From NCBI RefSeq assembly GCF_037042905.1, contig NC_087246.1:1800001-1864000 (forward strand): a DNA stretch of 64,000 nt, read 5' to 3'. Positions 40,401 to 55,400 of this stretch are shown here, one piece after another. How positions within the stretch are numbered: the first letter of the stretch is position 1; each line of letters begins with the position of its first letter. Source of the DNA: Lytechinus pictus (taxonomy: Eukaryota). The notes under the pieces are model-generated. The model had not been told where the DNA came from. It saw only the letters and a program-made list of their open reading frames with translations, and did no database searches. Made by a program: the position numbers and the translations under genes.

Positions 40401-43400
40401 GGTGCAAATAATTGGTATCGTTGTGTACTTGCAGAAATCGGATAGATTTTAAAAGAGGCGACTCTGGAAAAAAATTACTTCCGATTTTATGAAAAGATTT
40501 TATAGAATAAGGTTAAAAAGGCGACTACAAAAAAATCGACTTCATGAATACTTTAAATCCTAAGACCCACCTCGCAGAACTAACATGATGATACCAATAA
40601 CCTTGATTTGTTAGAAGACAGTTTTGCTGCCCTATTAAAAAAGATTTGATGTGTTGGCTATTCATGTTTGTTACCATGGTTATTGATATTGAATCACAGA
40701 CTTAATGGGTTAAGAATATCAATCCGCCGATTCAGAATGAGTTTTGCAAATACATTTAACATAATTCAAAAGTTTCTTCAATTTTCAACAAAATGTTTAA
40801 TCGATACGTCCAAGAAGTAAAAATCATAAAGGAAAGAAATTGACGTGAAAATGCCGGCGATTTGAGTAAGGTATGGGAGAGTGGAGTTGGGATAGAGGGC
40901 ATTTGCCTGAATTTACTCAAGTAGGGTAAAGGGAAAGAGTAAGGGAGGGGGAGGGAGGCTGAGAGGGTAGAGACAGGCCCTGGGTGGGCTACATGTCTAT
41001 AACAGTCTTGAATTAATTTCGGAAGATCAGGTGAAAGTTAGGTCACATTTCAGGAGACGTTAGTCAGAGAAAGAGAGGAAACTCAAAAGAGCTATGTTTA
41101 TATTTCCTCTTGATACTCTCAGGTAGGATATACGAGTTTTATTTTTAGAAGCATGTCAGACCATTATTAGTGTCAAAATATTAGAAGCAGTCTAACACTG
41201 CGTGTATAATTTTAGTTGCCAATACATGATTTAGTTTAGTATTTTTTTTTGAACGAGAGAAGGATGAAAAAAGTGGTTGACTAAGAATTAAAATACAATA
41301 CATGTAAAAACACAGATTATTGCCTGTATATGACTGATCCCAGGGGCGGAGCCAGGGTTTTCCAAGAAGGGGGGGGGGGGGGGCACATTTTCCCAAGGAA
41401 AATTTGACAAGCAAAAAAAAAAAATTTCACCAAAAATTGAAGGTCATTTCGTCCACCATAAAAAGGTAATCACTTGTGTCTGAACGACATATGGCCTTAG
41501 AAATATATGCTGTAATTTTCAAAGGGGCAAAATTGTGTAAGAACGGCATATTTACATTAAAAATATTGACTATGGTATTCAAGGGGGGGGGGGCACGGGC
41601 CGGATGTGCCCCTATGGATCCGTCACTGACTGATCTATCTTCAATTCAGAAGACTTATAAGGGACAAATTTTACTTCGCAAACATAATATTAGATATTAG
41701 ATCATCTTCATTACGACACTCTAGAAAACGAAATGCTAATTTAGCTCTATAAACTTAGCATGTATCAGTTTATAGTGACTGCACTTCGGAGTGCTGATTT
41801 TTGTCGTTCAAATTTGAACGACAAAAATCAGCACTCAGAAGTGCAGTCACTATATACACGCTCTTTAAGAGCTAAATTAGCTCTTCGATTTTTAGAGTGA
41901 AGGACACATTAAAGGGGAAGTTCACCCCGAAGAAAAATAGTTAAACATATATTGGTGAGGCTTTGAGGAAAATAATCAAAAATAAAGAATTTAATAGAAT
42001 TTGTTTTATTTGTGACGCCATATGTGAGCAGTTTTCCTACATATCGTATAATAAGACAATCAATGAAATGCCATTTTCAAAAAAAAATAAAATAAATAGA
42101 AAGTGGTATTGAAACTTAAGTTACATAGGTTCTGTTTGGTCTAGATTTGAAAGGGGTAGAATAGAACCCCTCTCTGGCGTAGCTCCAAAATAGAAATAAA
42201 TAACTATACGGTATTCAAGTGCTACTGGAGCTGTCAGTGGATGGGGGTATCAGATTGGTGAGTATCACCCACGCTTTCCTTTACCCCCTTTCTTTTAACC
42301 ACACACCCCATCCTCCCCTGTCTACTCCTATAAGTGTTCATGGGGGTACTGAAATACAAGATCAATTAAAGTGATTCGTTTCGTTATTTTCCTCTTTACA
42401 GTCTGGTCAATATGAACCATCTTCCGGCTCGAAATAATAAATGACCTCAACATTTGTCCTAGTTCATTATACGAATTCATAAACGAGTTTGCTCCTCCTG
42501 ATTGTTCCATACTCGTAATTTTTATCATTTTATTTATTAACCCTTGTACGAGGAAGCCATTGACAAAAGTGCGTCCAAGGAAAATGGAAACCATTAAGTT
42601 GGTTGTTTTGCAATCAGGGTATACCAAGCTGTCTCATTTGATTGAATAAAATGCTTTGTTTTTTCTAAAGTGGTAAGCGTTTTGTAGCAAAAAGTGAAAT
42701 GATATATTCATTTTGATGCATGAAATTACCCACTTATTTATGTTTTTTACAGGGGTTCAATCTTATGATTACATGTTCTTTTAAGTTGGTTAATTTTTCG
42801 GAGGAGATTTTTGGACAAAGATTGATTGACAACATTGGGATGTGAAAATCTGTCTGAAAAATACATTATTATTGGTAAAGTAAACATTTGATATAGACAA
42901 AAAAATCAAATAATGTTAAGCGAGCGTCAAATTGCTCAATTCGGCGATGACAAAATCGGCACCCCCTTTCTACTCAATTATTAGGCCTGCTAATAAAACA
43001 AAAATCTCTATAGCTTTTGGGGTGTTCAGTATTAATTAATTGTATTTCAATAATCAATTCTTATTGGTAAAGCAATGGCTAATCAAATCTCATGGAGCAG
43101 ATGCGTGGGCTCAAAATTGAAAAAGAAAACAAAACAAAAACTCTGCTCTAACAGTGCTCAATAATTTGTCAAATTTCTTTTATTGATGTACATAAGTTTT
43201 TTTTAAACATACATTTTCCGAGAGATAAATTTTATTATCATCATATATATTTTGATAAAAAATGTTAAAATAATAGTAACAGTATAGTAGTAAGAAAAAT
43301 GTCTTCTTTAATCAAAAATTCTAATTCAAAATCAACTCAACGTTATATGTCAAACTCTTCGTTGGTTATCATGGCTATTGCTCGTAGATATACGCGTGAA

Positions 43401-46400
43401 CTTTTCTGTCAGTGCACAAACAGTTACAAAGGTACCCTGAAAGTTTCATATTTGTGTCCATCAGTTGTGCCTTGTTGGCAAAAAAATTCGTTTAAACATG
43501 GAAGTAAAAGCTCAATGGTTCATATACATTTGGCCTTGTTTATTGTTGTGTTTTTGTTCAATACATGAAGTTGATTTTCACCAGTTTATAATCATGAAAT
43601 GTGTGACGGATAGCTCGAATTTGAATTGTGGGTTGGTATGTATATCGTCTTGCAATGAAAAAAAAAACCACTGCATTTTTTTTTTGGGGGAATACTATTC
43701 AGAATTTTGATATTGAATAGCAAGTAAAACACATCTTCTTAAATTCGAACCAAACCTGTTGCTAGAGCAGATGATCCTGCCTCCACACTTTACTCTAATA
43801 ATAAACACTTCTTACGCATAAGATATAAATCACCTTGAACTTCTGGTGGACTGCTTTTAATTGAAGCTCGGAAAATTAGTCATATTACAGGAAGAGCCGC
43901 CATAGACCAAGCATGGTGTAGACCAATAGAGAATCATCTTAAACCTGATCGTCAAAAGCTGTCATTTCTAATCAAGAACACGACGGTGTCCTAAGATTTA
44001 TGACGTCTCGAGTTTCTATAAACATAATTTTACAGTATGGGGATTTTCACGGGTTTGTTGAATTGATCGTATAAGGTCATATTCAAATTCATTAATACCA
44101 TGACTATGGTCTTTATACACTGCCTTTACGATGAAACTATAAATTTATTAAGAAAATGACAAAATTGTCGATTTCTGATGCTTTGAAAACAAGCCATAAT
44201 ATATGTATGAGTTCTGCGTTGATTAATTACGTTTTTGTTTTAATTCAAAAGAAATAATGCTCTCATATAACATGAAAAGGATGTGAGATGCAGAAAATTA
44301 TAACGAGAAACTAAAAGAGAAAAAACGAAATGAATAAAGAGATAAGTATAGAGAGATGGAGTTAGAGATAAACAGATAGATTACACAGAGTGGTGGTGGT
44401 GGGGGGGGGGGGGTAAAGAGAAAGGAGGGGTGGGAGGTGAGCCAAAGAGTTCTGATCGTGTTCCGTACGGTATTCCGGTAGTTTTTCGGATGGTAAACAA
44501 AGTAATAACGGAAAGAGATAACTTCCTAAACACACCAAAGAATTCATTTTTCATCCAACCTATATACGCAATGGTATGGCAATATCATTAAAACATCAAT
44601 TTTGACGCTTTCGTCGATATTTTAGGTCAAGTTTAATCACTGTGAAGGCAGAAAAACGCAATAACTTATCCTGTTATGTTTATTTGATCTGTTGCGTGAG
44701 AAGTATAGGGTGTCTGCTCTAGGATATATTAATGTGGGAGAAATCGTAAATTTTGTCATTTCCGCCCACATTAAAGAATAAATACTATTCAATGCTGACG
44801 ATAATATAAAGTTCAAACCGGTTCTAAAACCATCAAAATACTAATGAACGTTTTTTTTTGTTACAATCGGTATCAACAAAATGGTGCAATTGTGACGGGA
44901 TAACCAAAGTTTTACGGATTTCACCGAAAACCATATAATTAAAAACCATCATGACAACAAAACACAATAATCAAAAAGTCTTGTGTACTTCAGTGTTTTT
45001 TTTCTTACGAAATCAGTATGTATAACGGGTTTTTTTACTCATAAGTCATTGTTATTTTTTACTCGGTCGTTTTGTTATTTCATTTTTAAAACTATTTGCA
45101 TATTTCTAACTAAAATTTTGAAATCAAACCATGCAAAAGTTCCGTGTGTGACACACAAGAAGAGAGAATAATGTCGAATTACAATGAACAACAATAATAA
45201 TACTTGGTAAAGGAAAAACTACTTACCAAACTGCACTATATTGATCTTCATTTACTGTACTTAACAGAAGGTACAAATGATTATATTTGACTGAGAAAAC
45301 AATTAAATGAAGAGTGAGATAACCATCTGTTTAGAGAATAGTACCCTTTCACAAAATGTGTAAGAAGCAGGTAAAATCTTGGCTATTTACTACGTTTCAG
45401 ATATCTCTTTCTTCAGCAATTACCAAAACTCTGGAATAGACTAATTTGAATTTGTGAATATTTTCAACATGCCTGTAAAATGATAGCAGTTTTAATTCTG
45501 TTTTGCAAATTTGTCCTTTTTTCTAACTATGTCCGTTATTATTCTGTTGTGTAAAGATTTAGAGAAGCATTGTCATTTTTTACACAACACATAAGGCTGG
45601 ACAGGGCCGAGGAGTGACTTAATCTTCCACCCTATAAAAGAATAACGTTGTCGTTCCTCGACCCATTGAGGGGTGATTTACCCCCTTTCCATCTATCATA
45701 GTGGATTTTTAGAGTGGAGTTTTATAGTGGATATCTATTTTGTGTATTATATAGGCTTCCCATCCACAACTGTTATTCCCTTTGATTGGATGTGTCGAAA
45801 TGTAATGATTGCTATTAGGAAAGTTCAGTAAACCATTTTGTTTTGCCTAAAACCTCTTCGAAAAATCAGAGTATACACCTTGAGTTGATTTAAGTCAAAT
45901 GTTTAGAATTTTTAAGCTGTTGTTTTGTAAGTAGAATAATTGTGCCGTGAAAACAAAAAATAGGCATAATTATTTCCTCGTACCATGTATAATTCTGTAT
46001 AGGAAACCTTGAAAACACACGAGGAAATTTATTCTGGGTATAGTGTGTAATGATGATGATGATTGGGAGGGGGATGGAGGTTTAATTATATATATTTCCT
46101 GAATAAAAGTCACTGAAAGGAATTAAGGCTAACTTTTACACAAACAAATACTCAACAAAACAATTAACAAACAATAAAAAAACTAGACAACAAAATCAAC
46201 ATTTAGAAACACACACTCCCCATACATCACTAACATTAATCTACGCTCGGTTCACTTCAATCAAATTCCGACGACGTCTTTGGGACTTTCCCAAACCTCT
46301 GATTTAGTTTGCCAGATCGGATAAGATCCAAAGCCTACAAGGTTACTAAAATAGATCCAGGAGGGTGAAATGACAAGCATATTATTACTCTAGCTTTCAA

Positions 46401-49400
46401 TGGTTTACAACACGATATAAGGAGCTCGGGGAACTAATACAGATAGTGCTCCCGCGATCTCCCGTTAATATACATAGTTACGACACTTAATTAAGATTTT
46501 TTTTAAAGGACAAGAAAAGGTTCCAAAATAGGAGTATTTCCTTGTTCAAAAGCCAATTGTGCTTGTAAACCTCGTAATACAGTAAATTAATCACATTACA
46601 GTTATCGATCGGTGAGGAATTTCATTTCTAACTTAAAACCATGACAATGGCGGAAAGGGGGGGGGGGGGTGACCCCCTTTTGTTCGATATAGGTAATGCC
46701 TGATACACTTTGTGACTTTGCTTCCACTCCTACTTTGATAGTGTTTGTTAAGCTGCAATATCTAGATCCATACTCTCATTACTGAATCATGTCAGTGGCG
46801 TACCTAGGATTTTGTGGCTCGTCAGGGATCAGTTTTGACTCGTCAGGGGGGGGGGGGGGGGGGGGGGGGGCAGAGATACGTCCTTTGCTTTGAATGAGTT
46901 GTGACTCGTCAGGGGGGCAGTCTGCCCCCTGCCCCCTTAGGTACGCTAGTGAATCATGTAGTTTGTTTTTAAACGTTTCAGAGTTGGAAATCTTTTCCGT
47001 TCCAAATTTTCGAAAATATGTAGGATGATGGTGATAAGTATTGTGATATAACACGTCAACGTTGTTCTTTATAACTATAATAGGAAGGAGGTGTACAAGT
47101 GAAATACACAATGAATGTAGGTCTGTAATGATTAAGATAATTGCGATGACAATATTAGGTTGAAATAAAACACCAAAAGAAAATTAAAGAGAAAGTGGTG
47201 GTGGGGGGGGGGGGGGGTGAGAGGGTAACTTTGTGCAACGTCATGAACTGTGGCCCCTTTCGCTGTAATGAACTTAAATGAAATTAACAGCACTAATCAT
47301 TTTAATTAGACCAATTAATTCATTTTACTGGACATTAGAATCGGAAAATGCTGTTAACTTCCGTATTCAATCTAACACAAGGCAGGTTTTCCTGATTTAA
47401 ATAAAATAACTATCATCATAGTTTATCTTTAAACATACATAGGCGATGAGAAAGCAATTCAAGTGAGGGAAACTTAATTTCTTTTACAAGAACAGTCACT
47501 GAAATAACCATGTATTAGTTTCCAATCGACGCAATTTCTAGGTTGAATTATAACATAGAAACACCACGTTAGTACGAAAATCAATCTCCAAGAGCATAAC
47601 GAGTACACGAAACTGTTATAACATGTTAACCGATGTTTTCTTCAGTGGGAACAAGTTGGTCACCGTTGTTCTCAAATAATCACCAATAAACACGATATTT
47701 TCCTCTTTCAATGAATTCTGTTTAATTCGTTCTACCATGAAACATCTCTTTCTTTAAAGACATGCAGGGAGATTAAAAAAAGAAGAAAAAATCCCCTAAG
47801 CGTGACATCTCTCATGCATGTCTCTAAAAACCTTGATGTAAATAGCGTGTTCTTAGAATCATTGGTCTACCAGAATAATCATTGTTCATTGTAATGCGGG
47901 TTTTTTTTTAAGTGGTCAAATTAAAACTTTTATTAGCCTGATTCAAGATCACGATAGACACTCTACCCTTTTCTCTACAGTGATAAACGGAAGGTCAAGA
48001 CAATGTTAGATGTATCCGTGAAATACGTTGATAAAAGATAGTGATTTTACGAGTTTTTCCGCGCGGTGGAACAAAACATAACATGGTATTGCAGGAGGAA
48101 AGCTTTTATAATTGTCTGTATAGAAGTCATGAAAGAGTCGTGGGGGTTAATCTCTGGATGACTAAGATATATGTTTCTTCAACAATTGAAAATCCTATAA
48201 TACTGGGATATTATGTACGTGATCAGAAAAAGGGAAATATCTTTACAATTAAATTATATGTGTTTGGATATTTCATTAAATAAAATGATAAAAGAAAGTA
48301 TCGGTATCATGTTCTCACTATATGTTATCGTTACTCTTATATAATTATTTTGATTCATTTAATCTTCATTGAATGCCGCGAATCTGTTTGTGTTTCAATT
48401 GAAATTCAATAATATTTTCCATTATTATGGTATTCTATAAATTTTACTCAACTAATTCAATCAAGACGATTGGTGGATATTCCCTTTTTATTATTATAAT
48501 CACACTATATTCTTTTACATAACATTTTCTTTCTTTATGTGCAACTGATTAACATCGCATTGCCACGCAGTGCACTCGATAACTATAAAATACATTTATG
48601 TATACAGACTGAATATATATCATTTTTCATTCGATGTATTTCATTAATGTGATATGCAGATATCAACAATTCGCCTCATCTAAAAGATCGAAACATTATA
48701 GGATATGATAAAGATAAGTGAGGAATGTGTCTCCTTAATCATCGGCTTTTTAGTTTTAGAATTATTTGGTAATGATTATCTCTTTCGTTGCTCTCAACCA
48801 ACGACACATGAGAAACTATCTCCACCAAGACACAGGAATAGATGCTAATCCTATCTGAAAACACGTGTTAGTGGCTTATAATTACTTGTGATAAATGTTA
48901 AATGAATCCTAATCTACAATATACTCATCAATTAAAGAGAAGCTAGGACACGATGTTTCAATTGTTTTATTGCTTGCTTGATATCCAGCTCTGTATTTTC
49001 ACAGATTTATTGAAATGACGTCAGGTGAGTGAACGGAAGCAAAACAGTCAATATTTAATTATAGGCGACTTCTTTTGTTTTCTAAACGTGCAATGGAATA
49101 CTATTAGGGCACCTAATGACCCTCTGTTATGTAACTGCATACCAAATATTCGACATACCCTAGTTGCTACATTGTAGGACGTCATTGCAAACGATATTTG
49201 TTTACTTGACTTCAAAATAAATCCTAAACACGAGGTTTTAGTATAATATTATGATACCTATATTAACAAACGATTGATGAGTCACATACACACGTAGTTC
49301 TCATAATTCAAGACATTATTTTGTTACTCGGTAGAGAGGAATGAGTAAATATCAGAATGGATATTACAAAATATCTAACCATCAACATGATCAACTTAAA

Positions 49401-52400
49401 GACTTCAAGCTAAATATAGTTTTGGAATAGGTTGAATAAACACAAGTTGTGGAATACAGTTTGGTCTTGTTATTGATGACCACATCGATAATTTCGAGAT
49501 GTATGTGATCTCCTCGGCTTTGATCTGGTCTCATTGGATGCACTCGGCGCTTTTTAGTGGCGCCACGAAAGCAGTAGGTTACATTAATATAGGTATAGGC
49601 ATTATTATATATCGTATATTTTGAACTCGTTTATTCAAGCATGGACCTATAAGTAAGTAACTTGTATAATTTATTAAGTATAGAAAACCCGCGAAGCTAC
49701 ATTTGTCTTGACAGACACAAATCGGTAGATTCTCGGCACTTTCAAGTTTCTGGATTATTGCTTTAATCCTGACGCTTTCGCGTTTAACAAAAACATTCTA
49801 ACAATGCAAACACATTCACCATCCACACGTGCTCTTTCTAAACAAACTCGAAATAGGTAAACTCTCGAATCTACTGAAGCAATTATAAAATGACCTTTGT
49901 ACTGGTAACATCGCAGGCGTTCAACCGTTCTGTTATTTATATCTTCCGCTTGCTCTTCACACTGTTTCTACACGTATTGCATTACATACCAGTACTTTCT
50001 TCAATGCTCTTCCTTGTTCGCTCGCAGTCAGCGCGCGACGCGGGGATCTTGGCTTTATTTAAATCGGAAAGTCGAGTTGTGAATACTGACAGTCAGGGTG
50101 TAAGTGATATAGGAAGATACATTATACTTCATGCAGGTAAAATATTGGTGCAAATATCATATGCTCTTTTACAAAGCTGGATGGGATACTGAATTCACTA
50201 TTTTAGCCTCATTTTGTATTGTGATTTTCTTACTCGTCGATACATCTCTAAATAAGGAATACCAACTAGGCCTATCAGTGATCGGTGTAACTGTAAGTAT
50301 CTACTTCATGAATTCATCCACATCTCTATTCAACATGTGATGCGTATTATCTTGTTACTTGTCTTTCTCTCACCTAGCTACATGTAGCCTACTGACTGTG
50401 CTTCTCATTATTTCCTAAATATATGCCCTCTTTCAAATTCAGGTTAATCGTGATTCCCCAACTCCCAAGACCTCAACTGATGATCTTTGTATGAAAAAGG
50501 GCTACCATTCAACCTTTCCAGGGGCCACGGAATCAAAACCGAGGGGGGGGGGGGGGTGCTTCAGCCCCCACTTTTCATGCTTTTTTCTTTTTCTTTGGGT
50601 ATACTGCCCAACGGCCCACAATGGGAGCCAACCGAGCAAAAAATCGTGTACAAAAATATACAAATGATCATCGGAATTTTTTTTTGCATGGTCATCCCCC
50701 TCTTTCGGCTCAGCCTCCCTTTCAAAACCGTTCCACGGCCCCTGCTTTTGGCTACTATTTATTCAATTTATAGGGCCTATATTATTTACTTGTATGAAAA
50801 TTATAAATTTAAATCTGATTAATTTTTTATGTATTCAATGTTCTAGCTGTTTCACTTTCACACATTAAGTACTTTTATTATTGTGCCGCATGCCTGTGAA
50901 TTTGTATATTATGAAAGCGACTAGAGACATTTTAGCTGTAGGCCCACACCAAACCAAATATGATATGGGAATATCATTAATTTTATATACGTGTACATGT
51001 AGTAGGCAAATGCGCATGATATATTTCAGTTGTAATCAGAAAGCAATGTCTGATTGTTAAAAAGAAAGAATAGTGGTAATAGGCAACTATGGGACCGACA
51101 CGTCGGTTCATGGTCCTATCTGAGGGAACTGGTTATTATCAACGTGGTATCGAACTAGCCTTGAGGACTCCGTGATCATATTTTTCATGATTTTGATATT
51201 GTCATTTGATCAAATGACAATATCAAAATCATAAGAAAATATGATCACGGAGTCCTCAAGTCTAGTACCGAACCCGCTTTGTTGAGACATGGACCTATGA
51301 AAGCTGGACATTCATCGGTTAGTTAATGAATTCACTAACATCTGACTGTCATTGTCATGTGAATAACATTCTCTTCATATTTATCTCCTGTGATACTATC
51401 ATGGTCGCCGTCAATTAAACCATGAGTTACAGAAGCTTTCGGTGATTAGACATTTAACATTAGACAAATTGTATGCGCAGAAGGTAATAAATTGCCTGAA
51501 TTCTCGGAAATTAATGTGCAGTTCTGGTTTACAAATGGTTATGTTAGTTCCATGGTTTTTATTTGAAAAAATGTATGAATATTTCGAGATAGAGGCTGAA
51601 ATGAAATTGATTGATTGTAATTTATAATCACATTTTAAAGATTTCCTCATAATATTCCAAAGAAACATGGTGGGTTTCTTGTAGGGGTCGTCCCCCTCTC
51701 GTTGTTAGAAAAGTCACTATGAGTGTGCAGACGCGTGCAAATCGATAATAATAAATTTGATATCACAAAAATCCTCTGCTTCTCAATTTGCTGTTCCAAA
51801 TCTGAAACATCTTAATTGAAAGGTATAATCTGCTACAAGACATCAGCCAACAAACGGCAAAAAGAGCTAAACATTCCTTTGTGAAGATCAGATTCGCCTT
51901 GGTAGTCGCTATTGTCAAAGCACCTGTATGTTATCATTAATATGCACATAATCAGGAGACGGCGACTATGATTGCATCAAAAGAATGCTCGCGTTAATCG
52001 TCCATTTCTTATAGGTCCATGGTTGAGACCACGCTCTGAGCTATCATTCGACTATATTCATAATCCAATCGAAGGAAGCTGTATAACTGTATAACATGAA
52101 ATGCCCAACTGAATATGAAGTGACTTTGACAATTTCATTTATGATTTGGAATTAACTTGGTGATTGAAAACTTAAATATTAAACGCATCATTTGCTTATT
52201 AGGCATATTGCAAATACACAAAATTATAAAATACTGTTTATTCTCTTTGGTATTCAGATGAGTTACGGTTACTATATATTGTCCTTCAATGCTTCTGGAT
52301 TCGACAAGAATTTATTAACGCACTGCTTATGGTTAATCAAGTATATTCAATTGGAAGCGCCGTGGTGTAGCGGTTCTGACTCTCGCCTTGTAATCAGAGT

Positions 52401-55400
52401 GTCGTATGTTCGAATCCCACCATGGCCTAGCGCCCTTTGGCAAGGCGTCAATCCACACTTTGCAACTCTCACCCAGGTGCTAATTGGGTACCGGTAGGAA
52501 ACAACCGTCATTGTGGTTGGTTTAGCAAGAGTGCGCCAAACAGGCTGCTTGAAATGCTATGAATCCAGTGACCGGGTAATAATGATTGTGAAGCGCTTTG
52601 AGCAGTCGTAGATTGATAAAGCGCTATATAAATGCCAATTATTATTATTATTATTCGCACCCTTCTTTATCAAGATATAAAGATGAAAAGCACTTGAGTT
52701 TGTTTTTATACCAAAGTGTAATAATTATGTTGAAATATCGACACTAGCGCAATAATGAACAAGACGATGATAGTTTGAGTAAAGTCATTTATCAGATTAC
52801 ATAGTAACACAAGGAATGTCTTGAGCAAGAACACCATCATTTCTACTCTGTGAGGAACAGATTTAGCGTATCTATTTCACTGACCCTCCATTCTTTTCTT
52901 CCACCAATCAAAGATGGCCAAGGTATCTGTCTTTCAGGCAGCAGGGGCTCTATTTGGATGTCCAGAATCATAATAAGCGAGAAATTTCAAATAGAAAATG
53001 TCTAAAACCTCTATGTCCTTCTTTTTTTTATTTAGCCATATAAAGCAGTAATAAGCGAGAAATTTCATAATAAGCGAGAAATTTCAAATAGAAAATGTCT
53101 AAAACCTCTATGTCCTTCTTTTTTATTTAGCCATGTAAAGCAGTTTTAAGAACTGAACAGGCCTACCCTGCAGTATAAAATAAATAAAACAAAATAAATA
53201 AATCAATCAATAATAAAGTTATAAATTGGAATATATTCATCTAGCAATACTGTGATCTCGAATTTGTTTTAAGTATATAGGTACATGTTCATGGTTTTAC
53301 AAAACGTATATGTATATGTTCCATGTTTCTAGCTTTAAAACATCTGATTGTGTTTGAAAAAAAAATGCGTCCCCTTTCACAAATGCCTACTAGAAGACTT
53401 CTTCAAAATACTTTTCGGTTATTCTTATTTGTTATGTCAGTTTTGCTGTGTTTTTAGTCGATTGTGTCGTGTAACGTTTGGATTATGATAAAAATGTATG
53501 ATTTAGGCCTGCATAAGCAACCGCGTAGCCAGGATTTCATTTTGGAGGGGGCGGTAAATGCACGCGAAGCGTGCCAACACTTACAGAGCGCGCGAAGCGC
53601 GCTCCCTAGGGGGTGGGTGCCGGGAGGGGGAGTTGCCCCCTCCCGCGCGAAGCTTTCAGTGTTTCATAAATTAAAATGAAAAGGAGCCGTCTCTCTTGCC
53701 TCTAGTACCTATATCAGCCCCAATTCAGTTGACTATATTGTGATTTTGAACCTTGTTTTCAAAAGTGATTGTGAACGCACAAAAAATGGAGGAAATTAAC
53801 CCCGCGCGAAGCGCGGAAGCTAACGTGTTTTATCATTATTTTTGCAAAGAAAAGGGTCCCGAGAAAAGGTATTCTCTAAGTTATATTGAATACTTCCTTT
53901 GGAAAGATCAGATTTGGTTACCAACAATTTAGCGACAGTGCATATCTTTAACTCGCAAAACAGAGAAGGATATATGCCGGGAGGAAGATATTCCTCCCCG
54001 CGCAGAGCAATGAAACTCTGAAATTTCAAAGGGCGGACGTTTCGTCAAATGCAGATATCTCTAATACCCCCATCTAATTCAATTGTTTTTCCTCTAAGAT
54101 TATTGAACTTCATTACAAGGAAAATAATGCGCAAAGAGTTGAAACTTCTGTGATTTATTGAAATTATATAAAACAGGATGATGTATAATTATCCTGATGC
54201 GCTTCATTTTAAATGATAAAGAAATTTAAGTGTCATTCAAAATTTCAAACTTAGGGCGCAAAACAGGACAGGAGATCAATGTGTAGGGAAATGACATGAA
54301 GTTTAGTAGAATTTGATAAAAGATATTGTACTCTTTTTATTTAATACAACACGAATATTCTATACCTTCCTCTTTTTAGATTAGGAACCCGTTTGCCCCA
54401 AATTATGGTTATTTATAGTAATGAGCTGAAAAGCGGGATAAGTTGCCTATATGGAGGTGACGGCAGAAATTGATATAAAGATTTTACCCACCCGTAGCCG
54501 ACCCGACCAGAAGTTGCGCGACCAATTAAAAAAAAAAGATAACTTCATATACTTCGGACTATCCTTATTCTAATTTTATGCCCTAATGTATATATTTGAA
54601 CTTTAACTGGCAAGAAACACATATAGCTGAGGCAGAAAAACAGGGTAAGAGAAGTGGTGAGGGAAACAAAGGGGAACTGCAATATCATTTAACCGCGCGC
54701 AGCGCGGAAGCAAAATCCTTGTATATAAATTTAGAGCAAGAGTGAAGGAGTTTCTTTTTAAGAAAAATAAAAATAAAATAAAATAAAAAAACCCACAAAG
54801 CTACCTTTCTTCCCTTTCCTTCCTTCGCTTTTCCTTTTCTCCTCTCTTTTTTCCCTTCTTTTTTTCTTTTTGGGGACGTTGGGGGGGGGGGGCGACCGCC
54901 CCCACCGCCCCCCTGGCTACGCGCCTGTGCATAAGTAGTTCTGCTTCAGAATATAAATTGAGAAAATAATACGCAGGTTATTATTAGTCGAAATTCGTTG
55001 AAATCTTGTCCTGAAACCGAAGTAGTTAGAAATCGCATTAAAATAATCATTCATTTAAAAAATGAAAATTAAGAAATATCACTTTGTAACCAATAACAAC
55101 GTTAAAACCCTTTTCACGTGATAGTCCGGCTGTCTTATTTAGCCCTAAACGATTGACTGAAAAAAAATTCAATTGACTTTCCTTTCAGAAAACGACGTAG
55201 TCGAAGGCGCCAGCAGTTCGGCCAAAGCCGATCAGTCGAAGAAACAGAAGAAGAAAGAAAAAGAGAAACAGAAAAAAGAGAAAAAGGAGACAGCGAAACA
55301 GGAGAAGAAGGATAAAAAGGAGAAAGCAGATAAAGAGAAGAAAGAGAAGAAAGAGAAGAAGAAAAAGGATAAAAAAGAGAAGAAGTAAGTATTAATCTCT

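Noticed and set aside
42328..42627. 99-aa minus-strand ORF and other 60-130 aa ORFs in the track
   Set aside because: No domain resemblance, many start at non-ATG codons, and many overlap MITEs or simple repeats.
46523..46532. CArG box CCAAAATAGG (SRF site, relevant to muscle genes)
   Set aside because: A few such matches are expected by chance in 64 kb of AT-rich DNA and nothing else supports this one.
52357..52428. Possible functional tRNA gene
   Set aside because: The stems are imperfect and the sequence continues into a SINE body and (ATT)n tail.
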